A stretch of 43,303 nt of DNA, from contig JANNQJ010000425.1 in NCBI GenBank assembly GCA_031400675.1, forward strand, positions 1-43,303, written 5' to 3'. Shown in pieces: positions 1-7,716 of this stretch. The notes beneath the pieces are model-generated. The model was given only the letters and a program-made list of their open reading frames with translations, was not told the DNA's origin and ran no database searches. The translations under genes were made by a program, and so were the position numbers. This stretch comes from Cyclobacteriaceae bacterium (GTDB taxonomy: Bacteria > Bacteroidota > Bacteroidia > Cytophagales > Cyclobacteriaceae). Every line of letters begins with the position of its first letter. Within the stretch, counting starts at the first letter, position 1.

Positions 1-929
1 CTTCTGACCCACAGTATAATTTAGGAAGAACAACCACACATGAACTGGCACATTTTTTTGGTTTGAGGCATATCTGGGGAGATACCGATAATTGTTTCGG
101 TACAGATTATGTAGAGGATACACCCAATCAAGCTGTTGAAACTTATGAATGTGATCTTTTAACACATCCGGTCGCTGATGGTTGCACTTCCATGAAAATG
201 TTTCAAAACTACATGGACTACACCGATGACATTTGCATGAATCTATTCACACAAAATCAGGTAGACCGAATGTCACTAATTCTGGAAGATACAGAAGTAC
301 CCAGAAGAAATAGCCTGCTCACCTCGCTTGGCCTTGAAGAACCAATCCCTGGCACAATCGATTTACAAATCAACAATGTCACAAATCCAGGCCCCGCAAC
401 ATGTGATGATACACCACTCCTGAAACTAAACGTTTCTAATCTGAGCGAAGAAATTATAACAGACCTCAGAGTAAAAATTACTGTAAACTCTTCGACCTCC
501 GAAACAATAACGCTCACCGGATTAATGATTAATGGGTCAGCGGAAATTTCAGTGCCTTTTAATGCGCTTATGATTGGAGAAAATGTTTTATCGGTTGACA
601 TTACCCGAATTAATGGTGCAACCGACCCCGAGCCTGACAATAATAAAATTGACATCCCAGTCACACGTGTCTATCCCACCTGTGAGCCCTTTGCCATTTA
701 TGGAAATATAGAAGGTGAAACCCGGATTACATTTGACTTGCCTGAAAGTCAACCGGTTGTGCTTACCATGGTAGATATGATGGGTCGTGAAATTTTACGC
801 AGGCAGTTTCCTGAAATAATCAATCAAACCATTACGGTACCTGTAGACGGCATTTCAACTGGTCTGTACATTATCAGACTTCAAATAGGCAAAAAGTATT
901 ACGCTACAAAAGTCTATCTTTCTCCTTAG
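1..929 (+). CDS. Secreted M43 (pappalysin/ulilysin-like) zinc metalloprotease with a T9SS type-A C-terminal sorting domain; 5' end cut by the window edge
   Basis: The frame is open from nt 3. Translation reads ...GRTTTHELAHFFGLRHIWGDTDNCFGTDYVEDTP, which contains the HExxHxxGxxH zincin motif. The last ~80 aa (YGNIEGETRITFDL...GLYIIRLQIGKKYYATKVYLSP) resemble a Por/T9SS secretion tail. Confidence 0.75.
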   Translation, partial: SDPQYNLGRTTTHELAHFFGLRHIWGDTDNCFGTDYVEDTPNQAVETYECDLLTHPVADGCTSMKMFQNYMDYTDDICMNLFTQNQVDRMSLILEDTEVPRRNSLLTSLGLEEPIPGTIDLQINNVTNPGPATCDDTPLLKLNVSNLSEEIITDLRVKITVNSSTSETITLTGLMINGSAEISVPFNALMIGENVLSVDITRINGATDPEPDNNKIDIPVTRVYPTCEPFAIYGNIEGETRITFDLPESQPVVLTMVDMMGREILRRQFPEIINQTITVPVDGISTGLYIIRLQIGKKYYATKVYLSP

Positions 930-937
930 CTGGTAGA

Positions 938-1065
938 AAGGGTATAAGGTGTAGGGGTATATTTTACAGGGAGATACAACATATATTTTAATTACCTGTT
1001 ATTTCATTTATCCATACCATATACCTTATACCATTATACCATATACCTTTTATACCTTTATCCCC
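938..1065. repeat. Array of ATACC pentamers: 6 direct copies at 1011-1065, plus 2 inverted GGTAT copies and a 10-bp inverted repeat partner at 941-960
   Basis: Read directly: TCC-ATACC-AT-ATACC-TT-ATACC-ATT-ATACC-AT-ATACC-TTTT-ATACC-TTTATCCCC. GGTATAAGGT (941-950) is the exact reverse complement of ACCTTATACC (1023-1032). Confidence 0.6.
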
Positions 1066-1078
1066 TAAATAATCTTGA

Positions 1079-2164
1079 ATGATATCGAAGAAAAAAGTGG
1101 CGATCCTGTACGGTGGCCGTTCCGTAGAGCATGGTGTCTCCGTCAATTCAGCAAAAAACATTTTTGAATTTATTGATAAAGAACAATTTGAACCCCTAGC
1201 CATTGGCATCAGCAAAAATGGTCAATGGTTTCTTACCAAAAGCGTAGATAAAGATATTGAACAGGGCCAGGCATTGGGTCTTATACTGGATCCCGACAAG
1301 CAGGGATTTATTTTACTCGCCAGCAGTGACCGCATTAAAGTAGATATCATCTTTCCTGTGCTTCACGGTACCGATGGTGAGGATGGCAGCATCCAGGGAC
1401 TTATTAAATCACTCAATATACCAATGGTAGGCACGGGCGTGTTGGGCTCTTCTGTTGCAATGAACAAAATTGTGGCCAAGCGCTTATTGAAAGATGCTGG
1501 AATACCGGTCACCAAATTTCTTGCCTTTGATTTTAATGATCAAAAGAAAATTAAGTTTGAAGCAATAGAGAAACAATTGGGTCTTCCGTTCATGGTCAAA
1601 TCTGCCAGCTTGGGGTCATCGGTTGGTGTAACCAAAGTGAGTAAGAAAAGTGATTTCAAAAAAGCTATCGAGGAAGCGTTTCGGTACGACCACGAAGTAA
1701 TCATTGAAGAATTTATTGTTGGCCGTGAAATTGAGTGTGCGATCCTGGGCAACACACCCGCAGAAGCGTCAAATCCTGGAGAAATAGTGATCAGCAAGGA
1801 GTATGAGTTTTATACATTCGATGCCAAGTATGTTGATGCAAATGCTGTGGAGATAAAAGTACCAGCAGAATTGACTAAAGAAGTTATTAAAAAAATTCGT
1901 GAAGCTTCCTTGAAGGCATTCCAAGCTCTTCACTGTGAGGATTTTTCGCGTGTTGACCTTTTCTTAACTAAAAAAGGAAAAGTGTACGTGAATGAAATCA
2001 ATACCATACCGGGCTTTACTAACTCCAGCATGTATCCAATGATGTGGAAAGAACGTGGCATTTCTTTCACAGACCTCATTACCAAACTGATTAACCTGGC
2101 GTATGAGCGGCACAACGCCAATAAGCGCCTGCAACACGATTTCCAATCATCATTAAAATTCTGA
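1079..2164 (+). CDS. ddl: D-alanine--D-alanine ligase
   Basis: The 361-aa ORF has an N-terminus KKKVAILYGGRSVEHGVSVNSA, an ATP-grasp core (PVLHGTDGEDGSIQGL, FMVKSASLGSSVGV) and VNEINTIPGFTNSSMYP. These are typical Ddl blocks. Confidence 0.95.
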   Translation: MISKKKVAILYGGRSVEHGVSVNSAKNIFEFIDKEQFEPLAIGISKNGQWFLTKSVDKDIEQGQALGLILDPDKQGFILLASSDRIKVDIIFPVLHGTDGEDGSIQGLIKSLNIPMVGTGVLGSSVAMNKIVAKRLLKDAGIPVTKFLAFDFNDQKKIKFEAIEKQLGLPFMVKSASLGSSVGVTKVSKKSDFKKAIEEAFRYDHEVIIEEFIVGREIECAILGNTPAEASNPGEIVISKEYEFYTFDAKYVDANAVEIKVPAELTKEVIKKIREASLKAFQALHCEDFSRVDLFLTKKGKVYVNEINTIPGFTNSSMYPMMWKERGISFTDLITKLINLAYERHNANKRLQHDFQSSLKF

Positions 2165-2197
2165 TACTCGTATATTTACTCGAATTAATTATCCTAC

Positions 2198-2995
2198 ATG
2201 CGTTTTACCCTGAAGAAATATACCTCTACGCTGGGCGGACTGTTACTGAGCATACTCTTAACCTCAGGCACGGTGCTGCTTTTCATGGTCATTTACTTTT
2301 ACGTGTATTTACCAGCCATTACAAATCATGGTGAAACCATTACCGTTCCCAATATAGAGGGTATGAACATGGAAGAACTTGAGGATTTTTTAGTCAAGCG
2401 TAACCTCCGATACGAAGTTAACGACTCTTCTTATTCTGATGCGCATGCACCTCTCACCGTGTTAAAACAATATCCGGCCGCAGGTGCAAAAGTAAAAGAG
2501 AATAGAGTAATTTATCTATCTGTCAATCGGGTTACCCCGCCTACGGTACCCCTGCCCAATCTGGTAGACGGCTCTCTTATAAATGCGGAAGTACAATTAA
2601 AGAGTAACGAGTTAAGGCGAGGCCGAATCCAATTAATCCCCGGCCCATTTTTACATGTGGTGAAAGAGATGAAGTATCAAGGGAACACGGTCGAGCCTGG
2701 AACCCGGGTCACAAAAGGTTCAATTATTGATCTGGTGGTGTACGATGGAGGAAGTAATTCTCTCATCTCCCCGGACGTGGTCGGAGCTCTACTTGAAGAT
2801 GCCAAGTTTACAATCTTTGGCTCTAACCTGAACATCGATATTATGGTTGTGGGCGATACCCTTGGTGTAGAAGTTATTGTGCTTAAACAAAAGCCGGAGT
2901 CTAATGAAAATATTAAAGTGGGTGACATCGTTAAAGTATGGGTTGGTAAGGCCGGCACTCCCATACCGGACGAGGAGGAAATACCGGAAGAATAG
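2198..2995 (+). CDS. Membrane-anchored PASTA-repeat protein
   Basis: There is one N-terminal TM helix (LGGLLLSILLTSGTVLLFMVIYFYVYL). It is followed by about three PASTA-like repeats (TVPNIEGMNMEELEDFL..., TVPLPNLVDGSLINAEVQL..., SPDVVGALLEDAKFTI...). The position directly after ddl is common in Bacteroidota. Confidence 0.75.
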   Translation: MRFTLKKYTSTLGGLLLSILLTSGTVLLFMVIYFYVYLPAITNHGETITVPNIEGMNMEELEDFLVKRNLRYEVNDSSYSDAHAPLTVLKQYPAAGAKVKENRVIYLSVNRVTPPTVPLPNLVDGSLINAEVQLKSNELRRGRIQLIPGPFLHVVKEMKYQGNTVEPGTRVTKGSIIDLVVYDGGSNSLISPDVVGALLEDAKFTIFGSNLNIDIMVVGDTLGVEVIVLKQKPESNENIKVGDIVKVWVGKAGTPIPDEEEIPEE

Positions 2996-3005
2996 AATTA
3001 ATAGC

Positions 3006-4892
3006 GTGCTAAAGATCAAACTACCTTATATTTTTCTATTGATCATGTTACCCTCGACAACCTGGGGGCAGCTAACCGTATATCCGCTTGAGAAAAAGCC
3101 AACCGCTAAAAAAAATACTGCTGCCAGAACCAAGGCTGCTCCTATATCACTTCCTTTTTGGGATGATTTTTCATTTATCCCTGACACAACCAATCACGCG
3201 GTAGATTCACTTTGGATAAATAACAATAAAGTATTGGTTAGCAGCGGACAGGCGATTGACCCACCGACCATTAACGTTGCCACCTTTGACGGATTGAACG
3301 AATTTGGGGTGCCTTATAATCCAAGTGATCCTCTCGATTTTGGTTACCGTGATACATTGGAGTCGCAACCTATTAAAATGACGGAAGTAAGTCTGCCGTT
3401 CCGCAACGATGTCTTTTTGACTTTTTTCTATCAAGCTGGAGGTAACGGTGAGCCACCGGACCCACAGGATTTCTTACGATTAGAATTTAAGAATGAAGAG
3501 GAAGTTTGGAATGAAATCCTGACACTAACCTCAGAAGAAGCTACAAACCCTGAACTTTTTTACGATACGATCGTTCGGATAAACCAGGATGAATATTATC
3601 ACGATGAATTCCGGTTTCGGTTTGTTTCATTCGGACGAAAATCCGGAAAGTACGATACGTGGCATATCGATTATGTGTATCTGAATGTGCGCAATTCATT
3701 TGACATGAATACGTCAATCTCTGATCGCGCCATGACAAAACCCTTTACTTCTGTTTTAGGTGATTATTTTTCCATACCCTATTCACATTTTATCTCTGAC
3801 CCATCCGATAATTTTTCAAAACCATTTATTGAACTCAACAACCTGAAAGACACAACCTTTGCCCAGGTGACTAACTATACGTCTTATTTTACGATTACCA
3901 ACTTTACCGGAGCCACAGGCAATATTTCTTACGATGGCGTTCTGGATTTTGAGGAAGGTTTGGGCGCATTGCCCAGTCTTGAAAGATCCACCTATCAACT
4001 AGTGAACTTGCCTGATGTTTCAAATTTTGATCCAAGTGCTGACAGTGCCAGCATTTTTGTTAAAATCGGATTTAACAGCGGTGATAATGATGAAGATTAT
4101 TACGACAGGTACAACCCAATTAATTTCCTGTTAAACGACACCCTTGCGCATACGTTTAAACTAACTGACTTCTATGCGTATGATGATGGCGAAGCCGAGT
4201 ACGCAGCCGGATTAACTACTAACGGAAATCAATTAGCTTATCAGTTTGATATGAAAACCCCTGAGCAGGACACAATCAGTGATTTACGTATTTACTTCCC
4301 ATACTTTGCCGGAGCCAGCGCCACCAGCTTACAACTTTTAATTATGGATAATGAAAACGGTGTGCCCGGAGATATCTTATACGAAGAAACGATTACTGTA
4401 TCACAGACTGCCAACAATGAGTTTGTGAACATTGACCTATTTGAGAAGGGGGTTATTGTAAAAGATACATTTTACATTGGATACCAGGAGCCTGCCTCTG
4501 GGAGCGTCCGCATTGGACTGGATAAGAGTAGCAACGATAGAGATCGCCTGTATTTTAGACAAAATTCAAATGCTACCTGGAGCAATGACTGGATAACAGG
4601 AAGTTTGATGATCAGGCCACGTTTTGGTGAGAGCGAGATTGTGACAGGCATTCCGGAGGTACCTAACCCTGTTTCATTTTATCCAAACCCGAATGCGGGT
4701 GAGTTTTATGTGAAGGGTAAAGTAGAACAATTGCAGCTCTTTACGATTACGGGTCAGCCTGTTGGTTTTTCTGTTGAGGATTTCAATGAAGAAAAACGAA
4801 TAAACATTACTACCGGATCAGAAGGGCTTTACATCGTCCGGTACCAGTCAGGCGGTAGAATTTTTACTGAAAAAATCGTGATCGCCCGGTAG
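3006..4892 (+). CDS. Secreted protein of unknown function with a T9SS type-A C-terminal sorting domain
   Basis: The ORF-track ORF begins at 2877 inside the PASTA gene. The in-frame GTG at 3006 gives a plausible signal peptide (VLKIKLPYIFLLIMLPSTTWGQ). The C-terminus (VSFYPNPNAGEFYVKG...GLYIVRYQSGGRIFTEKIVIAR) is a Por secretion tail. The start codon is uncertain; ATG 3045 is an alternative. Confidence 0.6.
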   Translation: MLKIKLPYIFLLIMLPSTTWGQLTVYPLEKKPTAKKNTAARTKAAPISLPFWDDFSFIPDTTNHAVDSLWINNNKVLVSSGQAIDPPTINVATFDGLNEFGVPYNPSDPLDFGYRDTLESQPIKMTEVSLPFRNDVFLTFFYQAGGNGEPPDPQDFLRLEFKNEEEVWNEILTLTSEEATNPELFYDTIVRINQDEYYHDEFRFRFVSFGRKSGKYDTWHIDYVYLNVRNSFDMNTSISDRAMTKPFTSVLGDYFSIPYSHFISDPSDNFSKPFIELNNLKDTTFAQVTNYTSYFTITNFTGATGNISYDGVLDFEEGLGALPSLERSTYQLVNLPDVSNFDPSADSASIFVKIGFNSGDNDEDYYDRYNPINFLLNDTLAHTFKLTDFYAYDDGEAEYAAGLTTNGNQLAYQFDMKTPEQDTISDLRIYFPYFAGASATSLQLLIMDNENGVPGDILYEETITVSQTANNEFVNIDLFEKGVIVKDTFYIGYQEPASGSVRIGLDKSSNDRDRLYFRQNSNATWSNDWITGSLMIRPRFGESEIVTGIPEVPNPVSFYPNPNAGEFYVKGKVEQLQLFTITGQPVGFSVEDFNEEKRINITTGSEGLYIVRYQSGGRIFTEKIVIAR

Positions 4893-4921
4893 ACATCCAA
4901 AAATTTTGCGTCCCCACAAAA

Positions 4922-6040
4922 TTATTTCAATTCAATCGGGTTGGGTGTAAAGCAAAGGATAAAAATCAAGATAGCAATCCATCCTACTATTTTCCGCGTA
5001 TCATCTAACGGCTCCTCAATCTCTGATGGAGGGTGTTGAATTCCCAAAAACCTTCCCAATATAAATCCAAACATCAGCCAACCGGAATAGCCGACAACCT
5101 GTGGGTATACGACCGATACGATAAATTGCAGCGCAAAAAAGATTAATGTGTACATAATAGTATCGCGCATGGGCAATGCAAGTCCCTTAAAGCAGAGGTA
5201 TAGAAACAATAGATACAAAGGAACATATAACATTAAATCCTCTACTGGACGCGAAGGGTGTATATACTCAAACCCTAACCCTGCATAAAACATAAAGGCG
5301 ACAAAAAATACCGAAGCCACCACCCGGTGCATTTTATATCCCACCAATCCGTACAACACATGACCCCCGTCCAGTTGCCCGATGGGCATTAAATTCAAGC
5401 AGGTAAACACAAGTGCCAGAAACCCTGCGAACAAATATGGGTAATGCATGATCTCGTGAATATTCGGCATGCGAGAGGGATCAGCCAAGGTGTGTTCAAA
5501 AAATAAGAACAATAAATTTTTACCAACAGTAACATCAATAACACCTTCTTGCGGTTGATACACATGCTCAGCATAGTTCAATCCATATTGTTCGTATTCC
5601 GGATGAATCTGAAAAATATATTCGGCTGGTGGAAGATTCGTAAATCCATACACCAACACGAGTAAGGCCATTACAAATCCTGCCAGCGGACCGGCTATTC
5701 CAATATCAAAGTTTTGTTTTTTTGAATACACTTTACTGCGGAGGCGAATCACTGCTCCCATCGTGCCGATCGACAATGGCAGGGGCGGAATAGGAATGTA
5801 ATAGGGCAACGATGATTTTACTTTGTGGTACACCGCAGCAAAATAATGCCCAAATTCATGTACGGTTAAGATCAACAGAAACGGAATCGAAAAGTGCATT
5901 CCGCTTACAAAGTCAGCCCACTCAAATTCACCATAAACGGATTTACCGTAAGTCCACTCTGCACCCGCCAGCGTGGTTGTAACGAATGTAGTTGCAAAGA
6001 GAAATACCTGGAGAATAACAATTCGTTTTTCTTTACTCAT
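4922..6040 (-). CDS. Peptidase M50 / site-2 protease family membrane metalloprotease
   Basis: HEFGHYFAA (HExxH) sits in a TM segment, a later NLMPIGQLDGGH motif is present, and the protein is polytopic and hydrophobic throughout. Confidence 0.85.
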   Translation of the reverse strand: MSKEKRIVILQVFLFATTFVTTTLAGAEWTYGKSVYGEFEWADFVSGMHFSIPFLLILTVHEFGHYFAAVYHKVKSSLPYYIPIPPLPLSIGTMGAVIRLRSKVYSKKQNFDIGIAGPLAGFVMALLVLVYGFTNLPPAEYIFQIHPEYEQYGLNYAEHVYQPQEGVIDVTVGKNLLFLFFEHTLADPSRMPNIHEIMHYPYLFAGFLALVFTCLNLMPIGQLDGGHVLYGLVGYKMHRVVASVFFVAFMFYAGLGFEYIHPSRPVEDLMLYVPLYLLFLYLCFKGLALPMRDTIMYTLIFFALQFIVSVVYPQVVGYSGWLMFGFILGRFLGIQHPPSEIEEPLDDTRKIVGWIAILIFILCFTPNPIELK

Positions 6041-6209
6041 AGTTTCTAAATAGATCGATTACTTGGTCAGGATACGTTATATGAATGGTGTGAATGCCTA
6101 CTGATTTGCTGGTAGAAAATGCCAAAACAGTGCGTTCCGGTAACACATCGATGATGACACCGCCCAAATCAAAAACAAGTGACTTAATACCTGCAGGAAG
6201 AGAGGTCAT
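6033..6209 (-). pseudogene. 58-codon in-frame remnant of a HAD (subfamily IA, YihX-like) phosphatase with its central core deleted
   Basis: Hand translation of the minus strand gives MTSLPAGIKSLVFDLGGVIIDVLPERTVLAFSTSKSVGIHTIHITYPDQVIDLFRNYE*. The first part is N-terminal HAD motif I-like (FDLGGVIIDV). The last part looks like the extreme C-terminus of the same family. The stop overlaps the M50 ATG (TATGAGTAA). Confidence 0.55.
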
Positions 6210-6319
6210 AGAAAAACTGATTTGATTTGAAACGCTTCATCATTCGTGCAATATTAATTATTCCAGTTTAGTAAATTAGCAACCAGCGAAACGATTCACC
6301 TATAATTAAAATCAGGAAC

Positions 6320-7687
6320 ATGTTAAAACGGCTTTTTACCTTTGCCATTGGGATCATCATTTTTTCAGGGTGTCAGCAACCTCAAGCCTCGGAAAAAATA
6401 TCTTCCATTTTCCTCGACTCCTTGTCAAGAAAAACATTTAACTATTTCTGGGACCTGGCAGAATCAGAAAACGGTCAGGTGCCGGATCGCTGGCCATCGG
6501 AAAGTTTCTCAAGTATCGCGGCCACAGGATTTGGCTTATCTTGTTACCTTGTGGGTGTAGAGCGGGGTTACATTACGCGCGAACAAGCTGCTGAGCGAAC
6601 TTTAAAAACCCTTAAATTTTTTATTGACGCTCCAAAAGGTGACAGCGTTGCGGGAACCACCGGGTACAAAGGATTCTTCTATCATTTCATCGATATGAAA
6701 ACCGGCCTTCGGTTTCAGCAAGTTGAACTCTCCACCATCGACACCGGTTTATTAATTGCCGGCATTCTTTCCTCTCAGGTTTACTTTAATGAGGATAATA
6801 CAACCGAAAATCAAATCCGTGTTTTTGCAGACTCATTGTACCGTGCTGTGGAATGGGATTGGGCCATGAACGGTGAGCTAACCATGAGCATGGGCTGGCA
6901 TCCAGAAAAAGGATTCATTGAGGCACGATGGAAAGGGTATAATGAGGCCATGATATTATACATAATGGCGCTTGGCTCTCCCACGCATGCCATTCCTGTC
7001 GAAAGTTGGAAAGCCTGGACCGATACCTACCAGTACGCAACGTATTATGGACAAGAACATGTCAACTTTGGTCCTCTGTTCGGTCATCAGTATTCTCACC
7101 TGTTCATCGATTTCCGGAATATATATGATCCCTACATGAAAGAGAAAGGTTTCGATTATTTCGAAAACTCGCGAAGGGCAACGTATGCGAACCGCGCCTA
7201 TTGCATTTCAAATCCTGGAGCGTACACCGAATATTCTGAAAACATTTGGGGACTTACCGCATGCGATGGCCCCGGGAACTCCAACAAAATAAATCCGAAT
7301 ATTGTACTCATGGGATACACCGCCCGAGGAGCTGCCCAATTTTATCTTTCAGACGATGGTACCCTTGCTCCTACTGCGGCCGGAGGTTCAATCCCATTTG
7401 CTCCTGAAATTTGTATTCCTGCATTAGAAGAAATGTACGAGGAATATGGTAACAAAATTTACAATCGGTATGGTTTTAAAGATGCTTTTAACTGGAGCAT
7501 AGTCAATAAAGACAGTACGGTGGGTTGGGTGGATCCAGACTATATTGGAATTGATCAGGGTCCGATTGTAATACAAATTGAAAATTACAAAACAGGTCTA
7601 ATCTGGAATCTCATGAGGAAAAGCCCGTATATAAAAAATGGATTAGTTAAAGCAGGATTTTCAGGCGGTTGGCTTGAGGAGAAATAA
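6320..7687 (+). CDS. GH144-like ('putative glucoamylase' fold) glycoside hydrolase lipoprotein; predicted endo-beta-1,2-glucanase, probably periplasmic
   Basis: A lipobox is present (IIIFSGC) with no acidic cluster after the Cys (CQQPQASEK). Sequence blocks FFYHFIDMKTG, STIDTGLLIAG and YIGIDQGPIVIQIENYKTGLIWNLM match what I recall for the Glycoamylase/DUF3131 (GH144) family. A paralogue lies at 17573. Confidence 0.6.
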   Translation: MLKRLFTFAIGIIIFSGCQQPQASEKISSIFLDSLSRKTFNYFWDLAESENGQVPDRWPSESFSSIAATGFGLSCYLVGVERGYITREQAAERTLKTLKFFIDAPKGDSVAGTTGYKGFFYHFIDMKTGLRFQQVELSTIDTGLLIAGILSSQVYFNEDNTTENQIRVFADSLYRAVEWDWAMNGELTMSMGWHPEKGFIEARWKGYNEAMILYIMALGSPTHAIPVESWKAWTDTYQYATYYGQEHVNFGPLFGHQYSHLFIDFRNIYDPYMKEKGFDYFENSRRATYANRAYCISNPGAYTEYSENIWGLTACDGPGNSNKINPNIVLMGYTARGAAQFYLSDDGTLAPTAAGGSIPFAPEICIPALEEMYEEYGNKIYNRYGFKDAFNWSIVNKDSTVGWVDPDYIGIDQGPIVIQIENYKTGLIWNLMRKSPYIKNGLVKAGFSGGWLEEK

Positions 7688-7716
7688 GTATTTCATTATT
7701 CATAACTAAAATCGTC

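Noticed and set aside
2877-3005. An N-terminal extension of the T9SS cargo ORF overlapping the end of the PASTA gene by about 120 nt
   Set aside because: The extension (MCLNKSRSLMKILKW...) has no signal-peptide character and overlaps a well-supported gene. The in-frame GTG at 3006 gives a proper signal peptide right after the PASTA stop.
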